A stretch of DNA of 64,000 bases from a virus. The stretch is taken from IMG/VR virus record IMGVR_UViG_3300037010_000793, positions 12,845-76,844 of that record; one strand, written 5' to 3'. A program made the position numbers and the translations under genes. Position 1 is the stretch's first letter, and each line of letters opens with the position of its first letter. Positions 20,172 to 29,870 of the stretch are shown here, in pieces. A model generated the notes under the pieces. It saw only the letters and a program-made list of their open reading frames with translations. It did no database searches and was not told the origin of the DNA.

Positions 20172-21344
20172 TTAAAGTGTTAAACCCGTTGCAGTAGAGC
20201 GTGCACCTGTTGCAGTTGATTTATTTTGTAATTGGTTCAAGTATTCAATTTGTGACGATTGCATCATAATAGCATCCTGTTCACGTTGCAATTTTGCATT
20301 AGCTTCAGTTGTCTGAACACCTGAAATAGTATCAAGCATTGCGCTTCGAATGTGACTAAGCGTATCGTTGCTGATGACACTAGTATTCAAGCTGGCAGCT
20401 GCAGTTAGCGCGCTGTTTTTCGCATTCGTAGCTCCTGTTTGAATTGTCTGATTAATAATATCTTTAACGCTGTTATTGAACATATTAGACTCATCAGAAT
20501 CTAAAGAGTGCATATACATAACAAATTGCAATTTCAAATCGGGAATAACTGCAATTACTTCGCGCATAGCCGAAACAGTAGCGAGTGATGTCTGCTGCTT
20601 AGAACGAATCAGAGGAGCGTTATTCTCAGTAACAATTTTACGTCGTTCTAAGTTGTCAAGTTTAATCTCGATGCTATTCAACCTGACTTCCATATCACGC
20701 AGGTATTGTGCTTTAATCATAGACTGCGGATCTGCTGGATCGATCGGCGGAATATTAGCAATAAAATCAATTTGGTATTGCTTCCATTCTTTTACTTTTT
20801 CGATTAGCTCATGAATATACAGATGATTCGCATAATTTTCTTTATACAGATTCTCTAAATCCTGAATCCAGATATTATGTTTTGTCATATGTGTTTGAAT
20901 ATCGCTAGCAACACCGTCAAAAACAGTATCAGCGTCTTTCAATCGCTTAGTTAGCTCGGTTTTAACATCAACAACAGTTCTATTAAACCAGTTGATAATT
21001 TTACCTAATCCCTTTGGTTGTAAATCATTTGCAATATTAGCAGGATCTAACCGACCATGTACTGCACTCATGCGAGACATAATTTCACCAAGCTCATTAA
21101 ATTTCTGCATTGATACAGCTGAGATAATCTTCTCAGTTGTCGCAGATACGCGAGAATTTGCGTCTGCTCCTAAGCTTTCAATATCTTGCTCTGTAATAAG
21201 CTCGCTTTGAATCAGAGGAGTGTGATCTTTAGCAACAATAACTTTTGTTAAATTATTTGTTGCAGCGCTTACTGTCAGACTAGGCTTATCATGAGTTGCG
21301 ATAACAACCTCGTTTGAAGATAACCAGTCAAATTCATCAGCCAT
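20172..21344 (-). CDS. telA: toxic anion resistance protein TelA
   Basis: long helical coiled-coil, LENLYKEN, APLIR; position in the ter cluster. Confidence 0.75.
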   Translation of the reverse strand: MADEFDWLSSNEVVIATHDKPSLTVSAATNNLTKVIVAKDHTPLIQSELITEQDIESLGADANSRVSATTEKIISAVSMQKFNELGEIMSRMSAVHGRLDPANIANDLQPKGLGKIINWFNRTVVDVKTELTKRLKDADTVFDGVASDIQTHMTKHNIWIQDLENLYKENYANHLYIHELIEKVKEWKQYQIDFIANIPPIDPADPQSMIKAQYLRDMEVRLNSIEIKLDNLERRKIVTENNAPLIRSKQQTSLATVSAMREVIAVIPDLKLQFVMYMHSLDSDESNMFNNSVKDIINQTIQTGATNAKNSALTAAASLNTSVISNDTLSHIRSAMLDTISGVQTTEANAKLQREQDAIMMQSSQIEYLNQLQNKSTATGARSTATGLTL

Positions 21345-21366
21345 GATACTATTTCCTTTTATTAAA

Positions 21367-21762
21367 TTAAAACCAGTCTAGATCGACTGCTCCCAGTGTA
21401 TAACCTACAAAATTTGGGTGATTAATCATTTGACCAAATGCACCAGCATATTGAACAATTTCACCGTTTACTAGCTCATACATAACAATATTGTCAGCGT
21501 ACAATAAACTAGAAATACGTCCAGGTGTTTCATCGTCATGTAATCTAACTAATTGTGATGGTAACCACAATCGAAACTGTGCATCTGACATCCAATTTGG
21601 TTCAAGATCAATATACCGCATTAAGCCAACAGGTCTACGTCTTTCTATCTTGAATCCATTTTCATAAGCCAATATTAAATTCATGTTGCCATGTATACTT
21701 TTCATCGGATTAATTACTTTTGAATTGTCGAATACAATAGCAAACTTTTCGCTTTCAGTCAT
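21367..21762 (-). CDS. hypothetical protein
   Basis: own early promoter, AGGT RBS. Confidence 0.65.
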   Translation of the reverse strand: MTESEKFAIVFDNSKVINPMKSIHGNMNLILAYENGFKIERRRPVGLMRYIDLEPNWMSDAQFRLWLPSQLVRLHDDETPGRISSLLYADNIVMYELVNGEIVQYAGAFGQMINHPNFVGYTLGAVDLDWF

Positions 21763-21827
21763 ACATCACCTATTTCATTTTATTGTATTATAACATAACC
21801 AGTATTAATAAGTAAACAAAAATGTTA

Positions 21828-22235
21828 TTACTTAATGACGTTTTGTAAATAAAATGGCTGAGTATATCCACGTGATGCAGTATTCCGGCCAAATCCTTCA
21901 GCATTTGTCATGTACTTGTCAAATCTAAACTTAGCATCATGTATCTGCAAACCAATAACATCTGCGATAATCTCTAAACTACCAACAAAATGTGATAATT
22001 CAAACAATTGACAATTATCGGCATTATTTTTTAAATAATCAATTTGCTTCATCAAATAAATCCAACTAATCTTGGTTTTTAGAGAATCATCCATATTATT
22101 AACTAAATCGCTTAGCTCTGTAATATATTGCACATACGCTAGCTTAATACCAGTATCTGTGTCATTAGAATATCGATTTGTTTGCGACTCAGCTAACAAG
22201 CATGGTCCGCCTAAGAAGTTTATACTTTTACACAT
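21828..22235 (-). CDS. hypothetical protein
   Basis: coupled to frd. Confidence 0.6.
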   Translation of the reverse strand: MCKSINFLGGPCLLAESQTNRYSNDTDTGIKLAYVQYITELSDLVNNMDDSLKTKISWIYLMKQIDYLKNNADNCQLFELSHFVGSLEIIADVIGLQIHDAKFRFDKYMTNAEGFGRNTASRGYTQPFYLQNVIK

Positions 22236-22863
22236 TTAACACACCTAATTGATAAGCGTACGATGGAGATTTCTGAGAAAAGAATTCAAATGGCTTCACT
22301 GTTTGCGTTTGTGTATCCATGCAGATGAAGTCATTTGTGCTGACTTTGCGGGAAAACTTGTAAATCACCCCGTCAAGCACAGAACCGTTAGACTCTTCCT
22401 CACTAATTAAACATAATGTTTCGCGATTAAACTCACGAAACAATGTTGCTATAAACTCAATTGATAGTTTAACATTGCCATTATCACAATACGAATCGAA
22501 ACGTGTTAAGTATACATTTTTAGCGTAATGGATACCATCTTCAAACATGTACTTACCGCCAATAATGTATACAGTTTCAAATATATCATGAGCTTTAACA
22601 ACCATTAGCGCTTCTTTGATGCTACGGTATACTTCGTGGCCTCTAACGTCTTCGCGTTTTGCTGTAGAACTGATAATAATCATTCGACGATTATGTAGAT
22701 CATTTGGTAAAGATTTAAAGGTATTCAAACCCATTAACACAGTTTTACCATTGGTCATATTCTTAAAATGATTCAAATCAATACGTGACTTAACGCATAA
22801 ATCATTTGAACCAGTGCCGATATACCCATCATTATCAACGGATAATATTAAATTCACTTGCAT
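22228..22863 (-). CDS. frd: dihydrofolate reductase
   Basis: DLNHFKNMT, LMG..TFKSLP..L.NR, IIGG, YLTR. Confidence 0.9.
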   Translation of the reverse strand: MQVNLILSVDNDGYIGTGSNDLCVKSRIDLNHFKNMTNGKTVLMGLNTFKSLPNDLHNRRMIIISSTAKREDVRGHEVYRSIKEALMVVKAHDIFETVYIIGGKYMFEDGIHYAKNVYLTRFDSYCDNGNVKLSIEFIATLFREFNRETLCLISEEESNGSVLDGVIYKFSRKVSTNDFICMDTQTQTVKPFEFFSQKSPSYAYQLGVLNV

Positions 22864-22872
22864 GGTAATCTC

Positions 22873-23772
22873 CTAAACTGCCATCTTAATGTTTTCAGCG
22901 CCTAAAGTAGGACCCTTAACACAATTTGAAACTACAATGTCTGACCACTGTGTAGACAGCACATCTTGTAGAGTTTTTATCTCTTTATCTTCCTTAACAT
23001 CGCATATAGGCTCGTTAAGATATGCAGCTGCACCGCGACAATGATAGTCTAATAACTCATCGACAATTGGCTGCTGGTTTTCATAGTAGTGTGCATTTGC
23101 TACATTAAGACGAATATTGCCCATTTTATAACCAAGCGCTCGACTAAACAACAACAACCAAAAGAAGCTAAAAGCTAAATTATAAGGCGCTCCGTACGGG
23201 TAGTCGTTTGATCTAGATGTAACATCCAAATTCAATACCCCGTTAATATACACAAAGTTATATGCATAAAAACAAGGTTCAAGAGCCATATCATTTTTAT
23301 CGTTTGGATTCCAGATAGAAATTACATATCGGCGTGAGGTTGGATTATCGCGAAGACCTTCAAACACTTCCTTTACTTGGTCAGTTACACCGCCAAATGA
23401 TCTAAACTGGTAACCATAAGCTCGACCAATGTTATTTTCAGGTGTATCAAGCATTCCCCTTGAGTCAAGAAACTCTCTAGTTGAATTACCGTCCCAGATA
23501 TGAATATTCTTTTCCTGAAGTTCAGTAACGTCAGTTGAACCTCGAAGCATCCACATCAACTCTTCAAACGCAATACGTGGTGCAAATGAACGGCATTGAA
23601 TAAACGGAGCATACTTATTTTGTGTATGAAAGCGAGTTGTAAGACCAAACATTTGCTTGCTTCTACCTACTGACGTTCTATCGCTTTGCCATTCGCCCAT
23701 GGTGTTAATAACATGTAAATTCAATAAGTAGACATGTTCAACCACATTGTTGTTTGCGTAATATGCCAGCAT
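22873..23772 (-). CDS. td: thymidylate synthase
   Basis: DRT, EELMWML.G, YGYQFR, SRR, LEPC, RSND, YN, AHYYEN. Confidence 0.92.
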   Translation of the reverse strand: MLAYYANNNVVEHVYLLNLHVINTMGEWQSDRTSVGRSKQMFGLTTRFHTQNKYAPFIQCRSFAPRIAFEELMWMLRGSTDVTELQEKNIHIWDGNSTREFLDSRGMLDTPENNIGRAYGYQFRSFGGVTDQVKEVFEGLRDNPTSRRYVISIWNPNDKNDMALEPCFYAYNFVYINGVLNLDVTSRSNDYPYGAPYNLAFSFFWLLLFSRALGYKMGNIRLNVANAHYYENQQPIVDELLDYHCRGAAAYLNEPICDVKEDKEIKTLQDVLSTQWSDIVVSNCVKGPTLGAENIKMAV

Positions 23773-24626
23773 TATGAGCTCATTTCGTTATAACATAAAA
23801 CATCATCATACATGCTAAGAGCTTCTATACCCTTAGAGTAGATACCATGCGTTGTCCATAGAATAGTGCGATCACCTGGTTTTAATTGATGTTTAAACGC
23901 GTCATGTAAAGCAATAAAAGTACCACCGCCATCGCAAATGTCATCAACAACCAAAACAGTCTTTGCTAAATCACTTGAAAAATCAGGAACGATAATCGAT
24001 TCAATCTTACCTGTTATATAATCACGTCGTTTAACAGCTTGAATTAATGTAACATCATAATTGTGACTGACTAGAACATTTGCAATCTTCTCAGTTTTCT
24101 TAGATGCACCATTGTCTGGTGAAATTAGTACAACTCGTTTTTCAGTTAAGCTCAGTTTGTTATAATAAAACGAATGATCAAACGCTCGCTCTTGGCTTAG
24201 TACGTTTAGAACACCTACCTTAAACATTCCAGCTAGTACATCGCTATGAGGATCTGCTACTGTAATTGTTTTAAAACCAATGTTATTAATCAAATTAGCA
24301 TACACTAATAAACCATAAGACTCGCCGCTAATTTCTGTTCGGTCTTGACGAGCAGCAGGGAAATAAGGCATATTAAGATGGATATCAACTTTGGGTTGCA
24401 CTCGTTTAATAGCATCATAAATTAATGATAAACTTGTGATATCGTCAGACCCGCTGAATTTACAGTATACATCAACATAATCAAATAATTCAAACGATGG
24501 GTTTCCGCTTAACCAATTAGGCACAGTTACTTTAACCTGTAATTCACCTGCAGGGAACTTAATTAGTTCAAATGGCATGGAATGTATAGTGGACCCTTCA
24601 TACATAATATAGATTGCTTTAATCAT
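23772..24626 (-). CDS. prs: ribose-phosphate pyrophosphokinase-like protein (possible Adps)
   Basis: FPAGE, PYFPAARQDR, DPHS, SPDNGA, VDDICDGGGTF, THG. Confidence 0.88.
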   Translation of the reverse strand: MIKAIYIMYEGSTIHSMPFELIKFPAGELQVKVTVPNWLSGNPSFELFDYVDVYCKFSGSDDITSLSLIYDAIKRVQPKVDIHLNMPYFPAARQDRTEISGESYGLLVYANLINNIGFKTITVADPHSDVLAGMFKVGVLNVLSQERAFDHSFYYNKLSLTEKRVVLISPDNGASKKTEKIANVLVSHNYDVTLIQAVKRRDYITGKIESIIVPDFSSDLAKTVLVVDDICDGGGTFIALHDAFKHQLKPGDRTILWTTHGIYSKGIEALSMYDDVLCYNEMSS

Positions 24627-24682
24627 AACTTACCTTTATAAGCAACATGGTTTAAAAATTGAATTAACGAGGCATACTTGTT

Positions 24683-24871
24683 CTAATAATCAAAATAATG
24701 ACTGATTTTAACACCGCGCTGAGGTTTTGTATTGCGCTTAACGTCATGTTCAGCGCCAGACTTTCGTTTAACATTTTTTAGTTTATGTCGAGCTCGGTCT
24801 TTAACGTCAGACGAATCGACAAAACGGTCAAAAGAGTCAAAGCTATCTGAATAATCTAATTGTGTTTCCAC
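24683..24871 (-). CDS. small hypothetical protein
   Basis: GTG start, AGGA RBS, early promoter upstream. Confidence 0.55.
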   Translation of the reverse strand: METQLDYSDSFDSFDRFVDSSDVKDRARHKLKNVKRKSGAEHDVKRNTKPQRGVKISHYFDY

Positions 24872-24961
24872 TTTATACTTCCTACGTTATGTTAATATAG
24901 ATTTAATATAGATTTATTATAATACATGTATGCTCATAAGTAAACATATTTTGTAACTGAA

Positions 24962-25726
24962 TTAAAATGGATCGGATTTATCTATCATATCAGCAATCCT
25001 TACACTAGTAACATCAACAATCTTACATGTTACCATCTCAACTGTGATGGTGTTAATGGTTTCTGTTGAAATATCAACAATACTAATTTTACCAGTTCTA
25101 TAAAATCCAGTGTCTAAGAATATTTGCTTGCCCATCTTTTTAGGCTCTTTGACAATAGTATGACCAGTGAATAAGTAATCAATTCCTATAACATCAACTT
25201 CAATCTTAGCAGAATGAACCAAACGACCCCAAATAAAACCTTGTGCGCAGAATGTATCTCTTGCGTCGTAAGCGCTGGTAATCTCATCCCAATATTCAAT
25301 ATTAGCAGGTAGCTCAGCGTGAACGATGCCATATTTGCGATTATTAAATTCAATATCGATTGCGCTAGGTAATTCGTTGATGATTGATTGAAGGTGTCTA
25401 ACAACTTTAACCTTGTGCGGTAATCCGCTGGTAAGCATGTCATATACCCACTTGTTACCATTACCTACATTACCAAAGTATTCATTAAGGATCATCAGCT
25501 CGTGATTGCCAATCACTGTCTTAAACCAGGGGCATTTATATAAACTAATTGATAGGACATTATCAGTTCCTCGATCGACAACATCACCTACACAGAATAG
25601 ACGGTCTTTTTCATAATCAAATTTAATATGATCTAGCGCAGCTATCAGTTCCTCATAGCAACCGTGAATATCACCACAAACATAATCTTTACCGTCTACA
25701 TTTTCATAGTAAGATTCTAATTTCAT
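24962..25726 (-). CDS. metallophosphoesterase, Ser/Thr protein phosphatase (PphA/NinI-like)
   Basis: GDIHG, GDVVDRG, GNHE, VHA, GHT, DTG. Confidence 0.9.
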   Translation of the reverse strand: MKLESYYENVDGKDYVCGDIHGCYEELIAALDHIKFDYEKDRLFCVGDVVDRGTDNVLSISLYKCPWFKTVIGNHELMILNEYFGNVGNGNKWVYDMLTSGLPHKVKVVRHLQSIINELPSAIDIEFNNRKYGIVHAELPANIEYWDEITSAYDARDTFCAQGFIWGRLVHSAKIEVDVIGIDYLFTGHTIVKEPKKMGKQIFLDTGFYRTGKISIVDISTETINTITVEMVTCKIVDVTSVRIADMIDKSDPF

Positions 25727-25738
25727 GTTAATCCTTAT

Positions 25739-26563
25739 CTAAGCAACTAAGTGCGATAATTGACTTCGCAACTTCTTTACAACTGTTCTAAAAATTTCAT
25801 CAACCCGCTGATGGCTAACGCCTAGCTCAATAGCAATCTCTTTTAGAGTCATTTTATCTTCATCAATTAAACGTTTTTGAATTACAAACCGCTCCCGCTC
25901 ATTGAATTTATCTAACGCGCCGTGAACTTTGTTGAGAATATTAAGTTCATTGTCTTCTGTTATCGCAATTGATTCAGGGTTAGAGTCAAAATCAGGAACC
26001 TCAACTACCGTTTCTTCATTGTCATATAGTTGATATGTTGATTCAATTTTAGCGCTTAATCTAATATCCATCTCAATTACATCTTCTACTTTTACGTTCA
26101 ATTGAGCAGCAATCTTATTAGCGTCTTCAATCGTAATTGGAAGATTGCTTTTCTTTAGCGATTTTAGATTGAAGAAAAGCTTTTGTTGTGATTTAGTAGT
26201 AGCGATCTTCATAATATGAACATTGTTCAAAATATAATCATACAGTTCAGCTTTAACGTAGTAACCAGCAAAGGTCATTAACCGGACACCTTGCATTGGG
26301 TTAAACTTCCTAACTGCTTTCATTAAGCCAATTGAACCTTCTTGAATTAGATCAATAAGCGGTAAGTTATACCCTTTAAAGAGCGATGCAATTGTGATAA
26401 TATTCTTGAGATTATGAATTACTAGCTTCTCTGCAGCAAATAAATCATTATTTGTGATATAACGATTAGCTAACGAATATTCTTCATCTTTAGATAGATC
26501 AGGGAAGGATTTGATATGTGCAATATACTGATTATTTTCAGATTGAATGGTTATTGAGCTCAT
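25739..26563 (-). CDS. rpoH: RpoH (sigma32)-like RNA polymerase sigma factor
   Basis: DLIQEGSIGLMKAVRKFNP region 2; KIATTKSQQKLFFNLK RpoH box; region 4 HTH. Confidence 0.88.
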   Translation of the reverse strand: MSSITIQSENNQYIAHIKSFPDLSKDEEYSLANRYITNNDLFAAEKLVIHNLKNIITIASLFKGYNLPLIDLIQEGSIGLMKAVRKFNPMQGVRLMTFAGYYVKAELYDYILNNVHIMKIATTKSQQKLFFNLKSLKKSNLPITIEDANKIAAQLNVKVEDVIEMDIRLSAKIESTYQLYDNEETVVEVPDFDSNPESIAITEDNELNILNKVHGALDKFNERERFVIQKRLIDEDKMTLKEIAIELGVSHQRVDEIFRTVVKKLRSQLSHLVA

Positions 26564-26620
26564 TTTGCTTTCCTATTACTTGCTTATCTTTAATTATAAC
26601 CTATCAAATCTTGTCTCTAT

Positions 26621-26669
26621 GAGGTTCAATTCAAAAATATGTATATTCTATTAGCTTTTTGAATTGAAC
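26621..26669. repeat. palindromic element copy 2
   Basis: perfect 14-bp stem GTTCAATTCAAAAA/TTTTTGAATTGAAC with a loop similar to the 14521 copy. Confidence 0.7.
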
Positions 26670-27038
26670 AACGCGATGACAGTTTAATGAGTTTAAACAC
26701 ACTGCCTGTTTTAACGAATAACAGACCATTATCACGACGTTCAATATCTTTATAATATGACCCTGTCAGCTTCATCCATGATTTACTAGCCGGGAATATA
26801 AAGAAGCTTCATGCTCGACAAGAGTTTCTACACGTAATGAGTTTGTATTCAGTTTAACCCCTGTATTGTTTCCTATCAGATGTAAACTTAAAATTACTAA
26901 ACCGATCCTCTGTTAACTTTACACTGCTTCGTAATGCTTCTTTAACTTCTTGCTTTGTCACGTTGCGTTACCTATGTATTAGTTTGTTGTAAACATTATA
27001 ACATAAAATAAAGCAAAGATAAACTATTTTTAATAAAA

Positions 27039-27674
27039 TTATTCACATTCGTCTAACGTAACATCAACTTCATAGTCTGCTAGTTCTGAGTTCTTATTAA
27101 TAACGTCCAACTTTTTAGATAAAGAGTCTAACATTTCGAGAGCTTGGGCCAGTTTTACGTTCGACGCTTGTAATATGTTACCTGCATCGTTAAAGTGATT
27201 TGCTATAGTCTCAAGCTCGCTGACACTAATATCAGTAATAGAAAGAGTCTTAGCTAAACGATGAAACGCATACACCTTCGTAAACATATTCAGCGCAGAA
27301 GGTATTCTTTCATCTATATTATCCACGGTTAATATAGATACGACCCAGGCTGAATCAGGGTCGTGAACCCACCAATAGTTAGCGTGTTTACTTACATAGG
27401 TCTTACCAAGCATTGTATAAAGCTTTGACGTGATCGGGTATAGTTTTGAAGTTTCATCGATGAGATGAGGCATCAGCGAGTCTTTGATAGCGTTTACGGT
27501 TGACTGGTTGTTTATTAAGTCAATCGCCACTTCTTCATACTGTGTCTCGATTGAATTGTATTTTTCATGTGATGCTTTATTCGTCTGCTGTTCAAGCTTG
27601 AGCGCAATATTGGCTACATCTAAGCGTTGCATTATAATGCGACTATATTCGCTTAGCTTAATTTTAACTACCAT
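27039..27674 (-). CDS. hypothetical coiled-coil protein
   Basis: AAGGA RBS, 211 aa. Confidence 0.7.
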   Translation of the reverse strand: MVVKIKLSEYSRIIMQRLDVANIALKLEQQTNKASHEKYNSIETQYEEVAIDLINNQSTVNAIKDSLMPHLIDETSKLYPITSKLYTMLGKTYVSKHANYWWVHDPDSAWVVSILTVDNIDERIPSALNMFTKVYAFHRLAKTLSITDISVSELETIANHFNDAGNILQASNVKLAQALEMLDSLSKKLDVINKNSELADYEVDVTLDECE

Positions 27675-28064
27675 TGCTCTGTTCCTTTTATTTGACTAAT
27701 CTTATTAATGATGTATATACTTCCCCGGCTTCGTTCAGTAGAATAATGTTAACCTTTAACTTGGTTACATTACAATTCTGCATTTTAATTATAACAAATG
27801 TCTAAGAATTTTTAAACTTATATAAAACTATTAAGTTGTATTACGTGATTTTTAAGAAGTGGTTTTATAAACTGGTGCTCGCCAAGAATTGACGGTTAGA
27901 AAACAATAAGTATATTAATCTTTTCTGAGATAATTAAGCCAGACAATTCTGGGTATGTGTCTGTGTCAATTCGTTATACGCATTAAAAAGGTAAGGCTGA
28001 TTTATATTCTTAAACAATATCCAATCTAACGTGTTCACTCTGATTCAGTTAATAGCATTGTAAA

Positions 28065-28535
28065 TTATAATAATTCAATTTCTTTTGGCGCTATTTTAAT
28101 ATTCTTCTTAACTAGCACTTCCTCTTCTTTTAAAGCTGAGTCAACAGAACGTGGATCTAAACCAACGCCACCAGTAAACAACGCATAATTATAAATGTCT
28201 AGTATGCTTTGTGTCTTAGATATATTCTTTGTTATAAGAACAGGTACTAAATCTTTTTTCTTTGCTGTGGTATATTTGGTATCTTTTGTAAATTTAATGG
28301 CCATTGTTTTAGATTTTGACCATGATGTATACTTATCAAATACCATTCTACCTTCAGCTGCGAGCTCAATAAACTCAGGTGTGACCAACATACCACGATA
28401 CAATTTACCGGTAAATCTGAAATGATCTGGTACGTTAATAGCTTTCGCTAACTGATCTGCATACTTCTGATCATTATCAGAAAGCCATTTATCCAAAGTA
28501 TCGGTGAATTCTTTTGAGAAACATTGTAGTGCCAT
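28065..28535 (-). CDS. ADP-ribosyltransferase (R-S-E type)
   Basis: LYRG, YTSWS, EEEVLV. Confidence 0.75.
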   Translation of the reverse strand: MALQCFSKEFTDTLDKWLSDNDQKYADQLAKAINVPDHFRFTGKLYRGMLVTPEFIELAAEGRMVFDKYTSWSKSKTMAIKFTKDTKYTTAKKKDLVPVLITKNISKTQSILDIYNYALFTGGVGLDPRSVDSALKEEEVLVKKNIKIAPKEIELL

Positions 28536-28588
28536 TAAACTATACCAAATTATATAATTAACTTATTTATCACTACAGTTAATAGATA

Positions 28589-28843
28589 TCACTTGATATT
28601 TGTTAATGCAGTACCTTTTTCTGAGATAATATTAATTTCATTTTTATTCATGATTGCCGACCTTGCTTTACGAATCTTTTGAATTGCAGATTCAACACCG
28701 CCATTAAAGAATACCTGCGCTTCTGTTAACATTACCTGATCTTCTGGTAATTTAATTTTTAACGACGTGATCTCTGTAATTAGCTCAGATAATAATGCTT
28801 CATCTGTACTTGATTCATGATTACAACTTAAGATATGTTTCAT
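28589..28843 (-). CDS. hypothetical protein
   Basis: 4-bp overlap coupling. Confidence 0.65.
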   Translation of the reverse strand: MKHILSCNHESSTDEALLSELITEITSLKIKLPEDQVMLTEAQVFFNGGVESAIQKIRKARSAIMNKNEINIISEKGTALTNIK

Positions 28844-29139
28844 TTTGGCTCCGTTGTTGACTTAACAGCCTTAACCCGGCGTTGTGTTTTATTTCTCTTT
28901 ATTGAAACTATAACATTCTTCATAAACGTCAATTCTTTACCAATTAACGCAGACTTATCTAGTTGTTTAATAGCATCATTACATACTAATCTGATAAGAT
29001 AATTCTTTAACTCACCTGTTAATTCAGCGTTATTAATTTGATTACATTTACATGCGCATAACGATGTTACCGACTCAACATAGGCAAGACGTTTTGGTTT
29101 GCCGGCTAGTATAACTTTCAGGGTTTCTAAATTATTCAT
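28840..29139 (-). CDS. hypothetical protein
   Basis: 4-bp overlap coupling. Confidence 0.65.
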   Translation of the reverse strand: MNNLETLKVILAGKPKRLAYVESVTSLCACKCNQINNAELTGELKNYLIRLVCNDAIKQLDKSALIGKELTFMKNVIVSIKRNKTQRRVKAVKSTTEPK

Positions 29140-29612
29140 TTCAGTCCTTTGAGCAGCAAGTTGTACGACGTAGTCTTTAACGATACGACTTTAGTTGAAG
29201 AATGAATAATTCTATAAGCTAACATATCAGCTGTGATCAGCATTGCGTTAGGAACCTCATCAAAGAATACATAATCGTAAGATGATTTGCCACGCCAGAT
29301 ATCTTTGTTATCCATGAATTTGCCGTTACCATCGTAAGAGACATAATCGCACGGTAAACAATGTTTACAATCTTTAGCACGGGCAACATAAAGAATTTTA
29401 CGATCCGCTAATAACCCGCTTGAAATAATCTCTTCGATTGTGGTAGTCTTTCCATAACGTCTAGGAAGATTTAACTCAAGGAAATTCAATTCAAAGAAAA
29501 AACAAACAGGGTCTCTGTCACCAAATAATAAAAATTGTTTGATCATATCTGTCAATAACTTGTTTGTATTCATAATTACTCCTAGTGAAATATTTGAAGT
29601 TGATGGATGCAA
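29136..29612 (-). CDS. small stand-alone P-loop ATPase domain
   Basis: LPRRYGKTT Walker A, YVFFDE Walker B; likely start at MNTNK. Confidence 0.65.
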   Translation of the reverse strand: MHPSTSNISLGVIMNTNKLLTDMIKQFLLFGDRDPVCFFFELNFLELNLPRRYGKTTTIEEIISSGLLADRKILYVARAKDCKHCLPCDYVSYDGNGKFMDNKDIWRGKSSYDYVFFDEVPNAMLITADMLAYRIIHSSTKVVSLKTTSYNLLLKGLK

Positions 29613-29613
29613 C

Positions 29614-29865
29614 TCACTTTGCGAATTTAATAATTTGATAAGATGTTACTTCACAGCTATCAAAAAACGGCTTAAGCGTACTATAAGTTCTACCTTGTTC
29701 TGCAGTAACACCGTGATATTTTGTGTCAACTCTAATTACATCGTGTGCATCAAACCAAATATCATCGCAATAAGGGACAAACCCAACTCGAATTGTTGGC
29801 TCTGCATGTTCTTTCACAACATCGCTCATAACAACAGAGAATAGCTTAAAAATATAGTAAAGCAT
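29614..29865 (-). CDS. hypothetical protein
   Basis: ORF in operon. Confidence 0.5.
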   Translation of the reverse strand: MLYYIFKLFSVVMSDVVKEHAEPTIRVGFVPYCDDIWFDAHDVIRVDTKYHGVTAEQGRTYSTLKPFFDSCEVTSYQIIKFAK

Positions 29866-29870
29866 TTACA

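Noticed and set aside
26680-26965. Possible gene upstream of rpoH
   Set aside because: Only broken reading-frame fragments with no recognisable motif; probably a decayed ORF.
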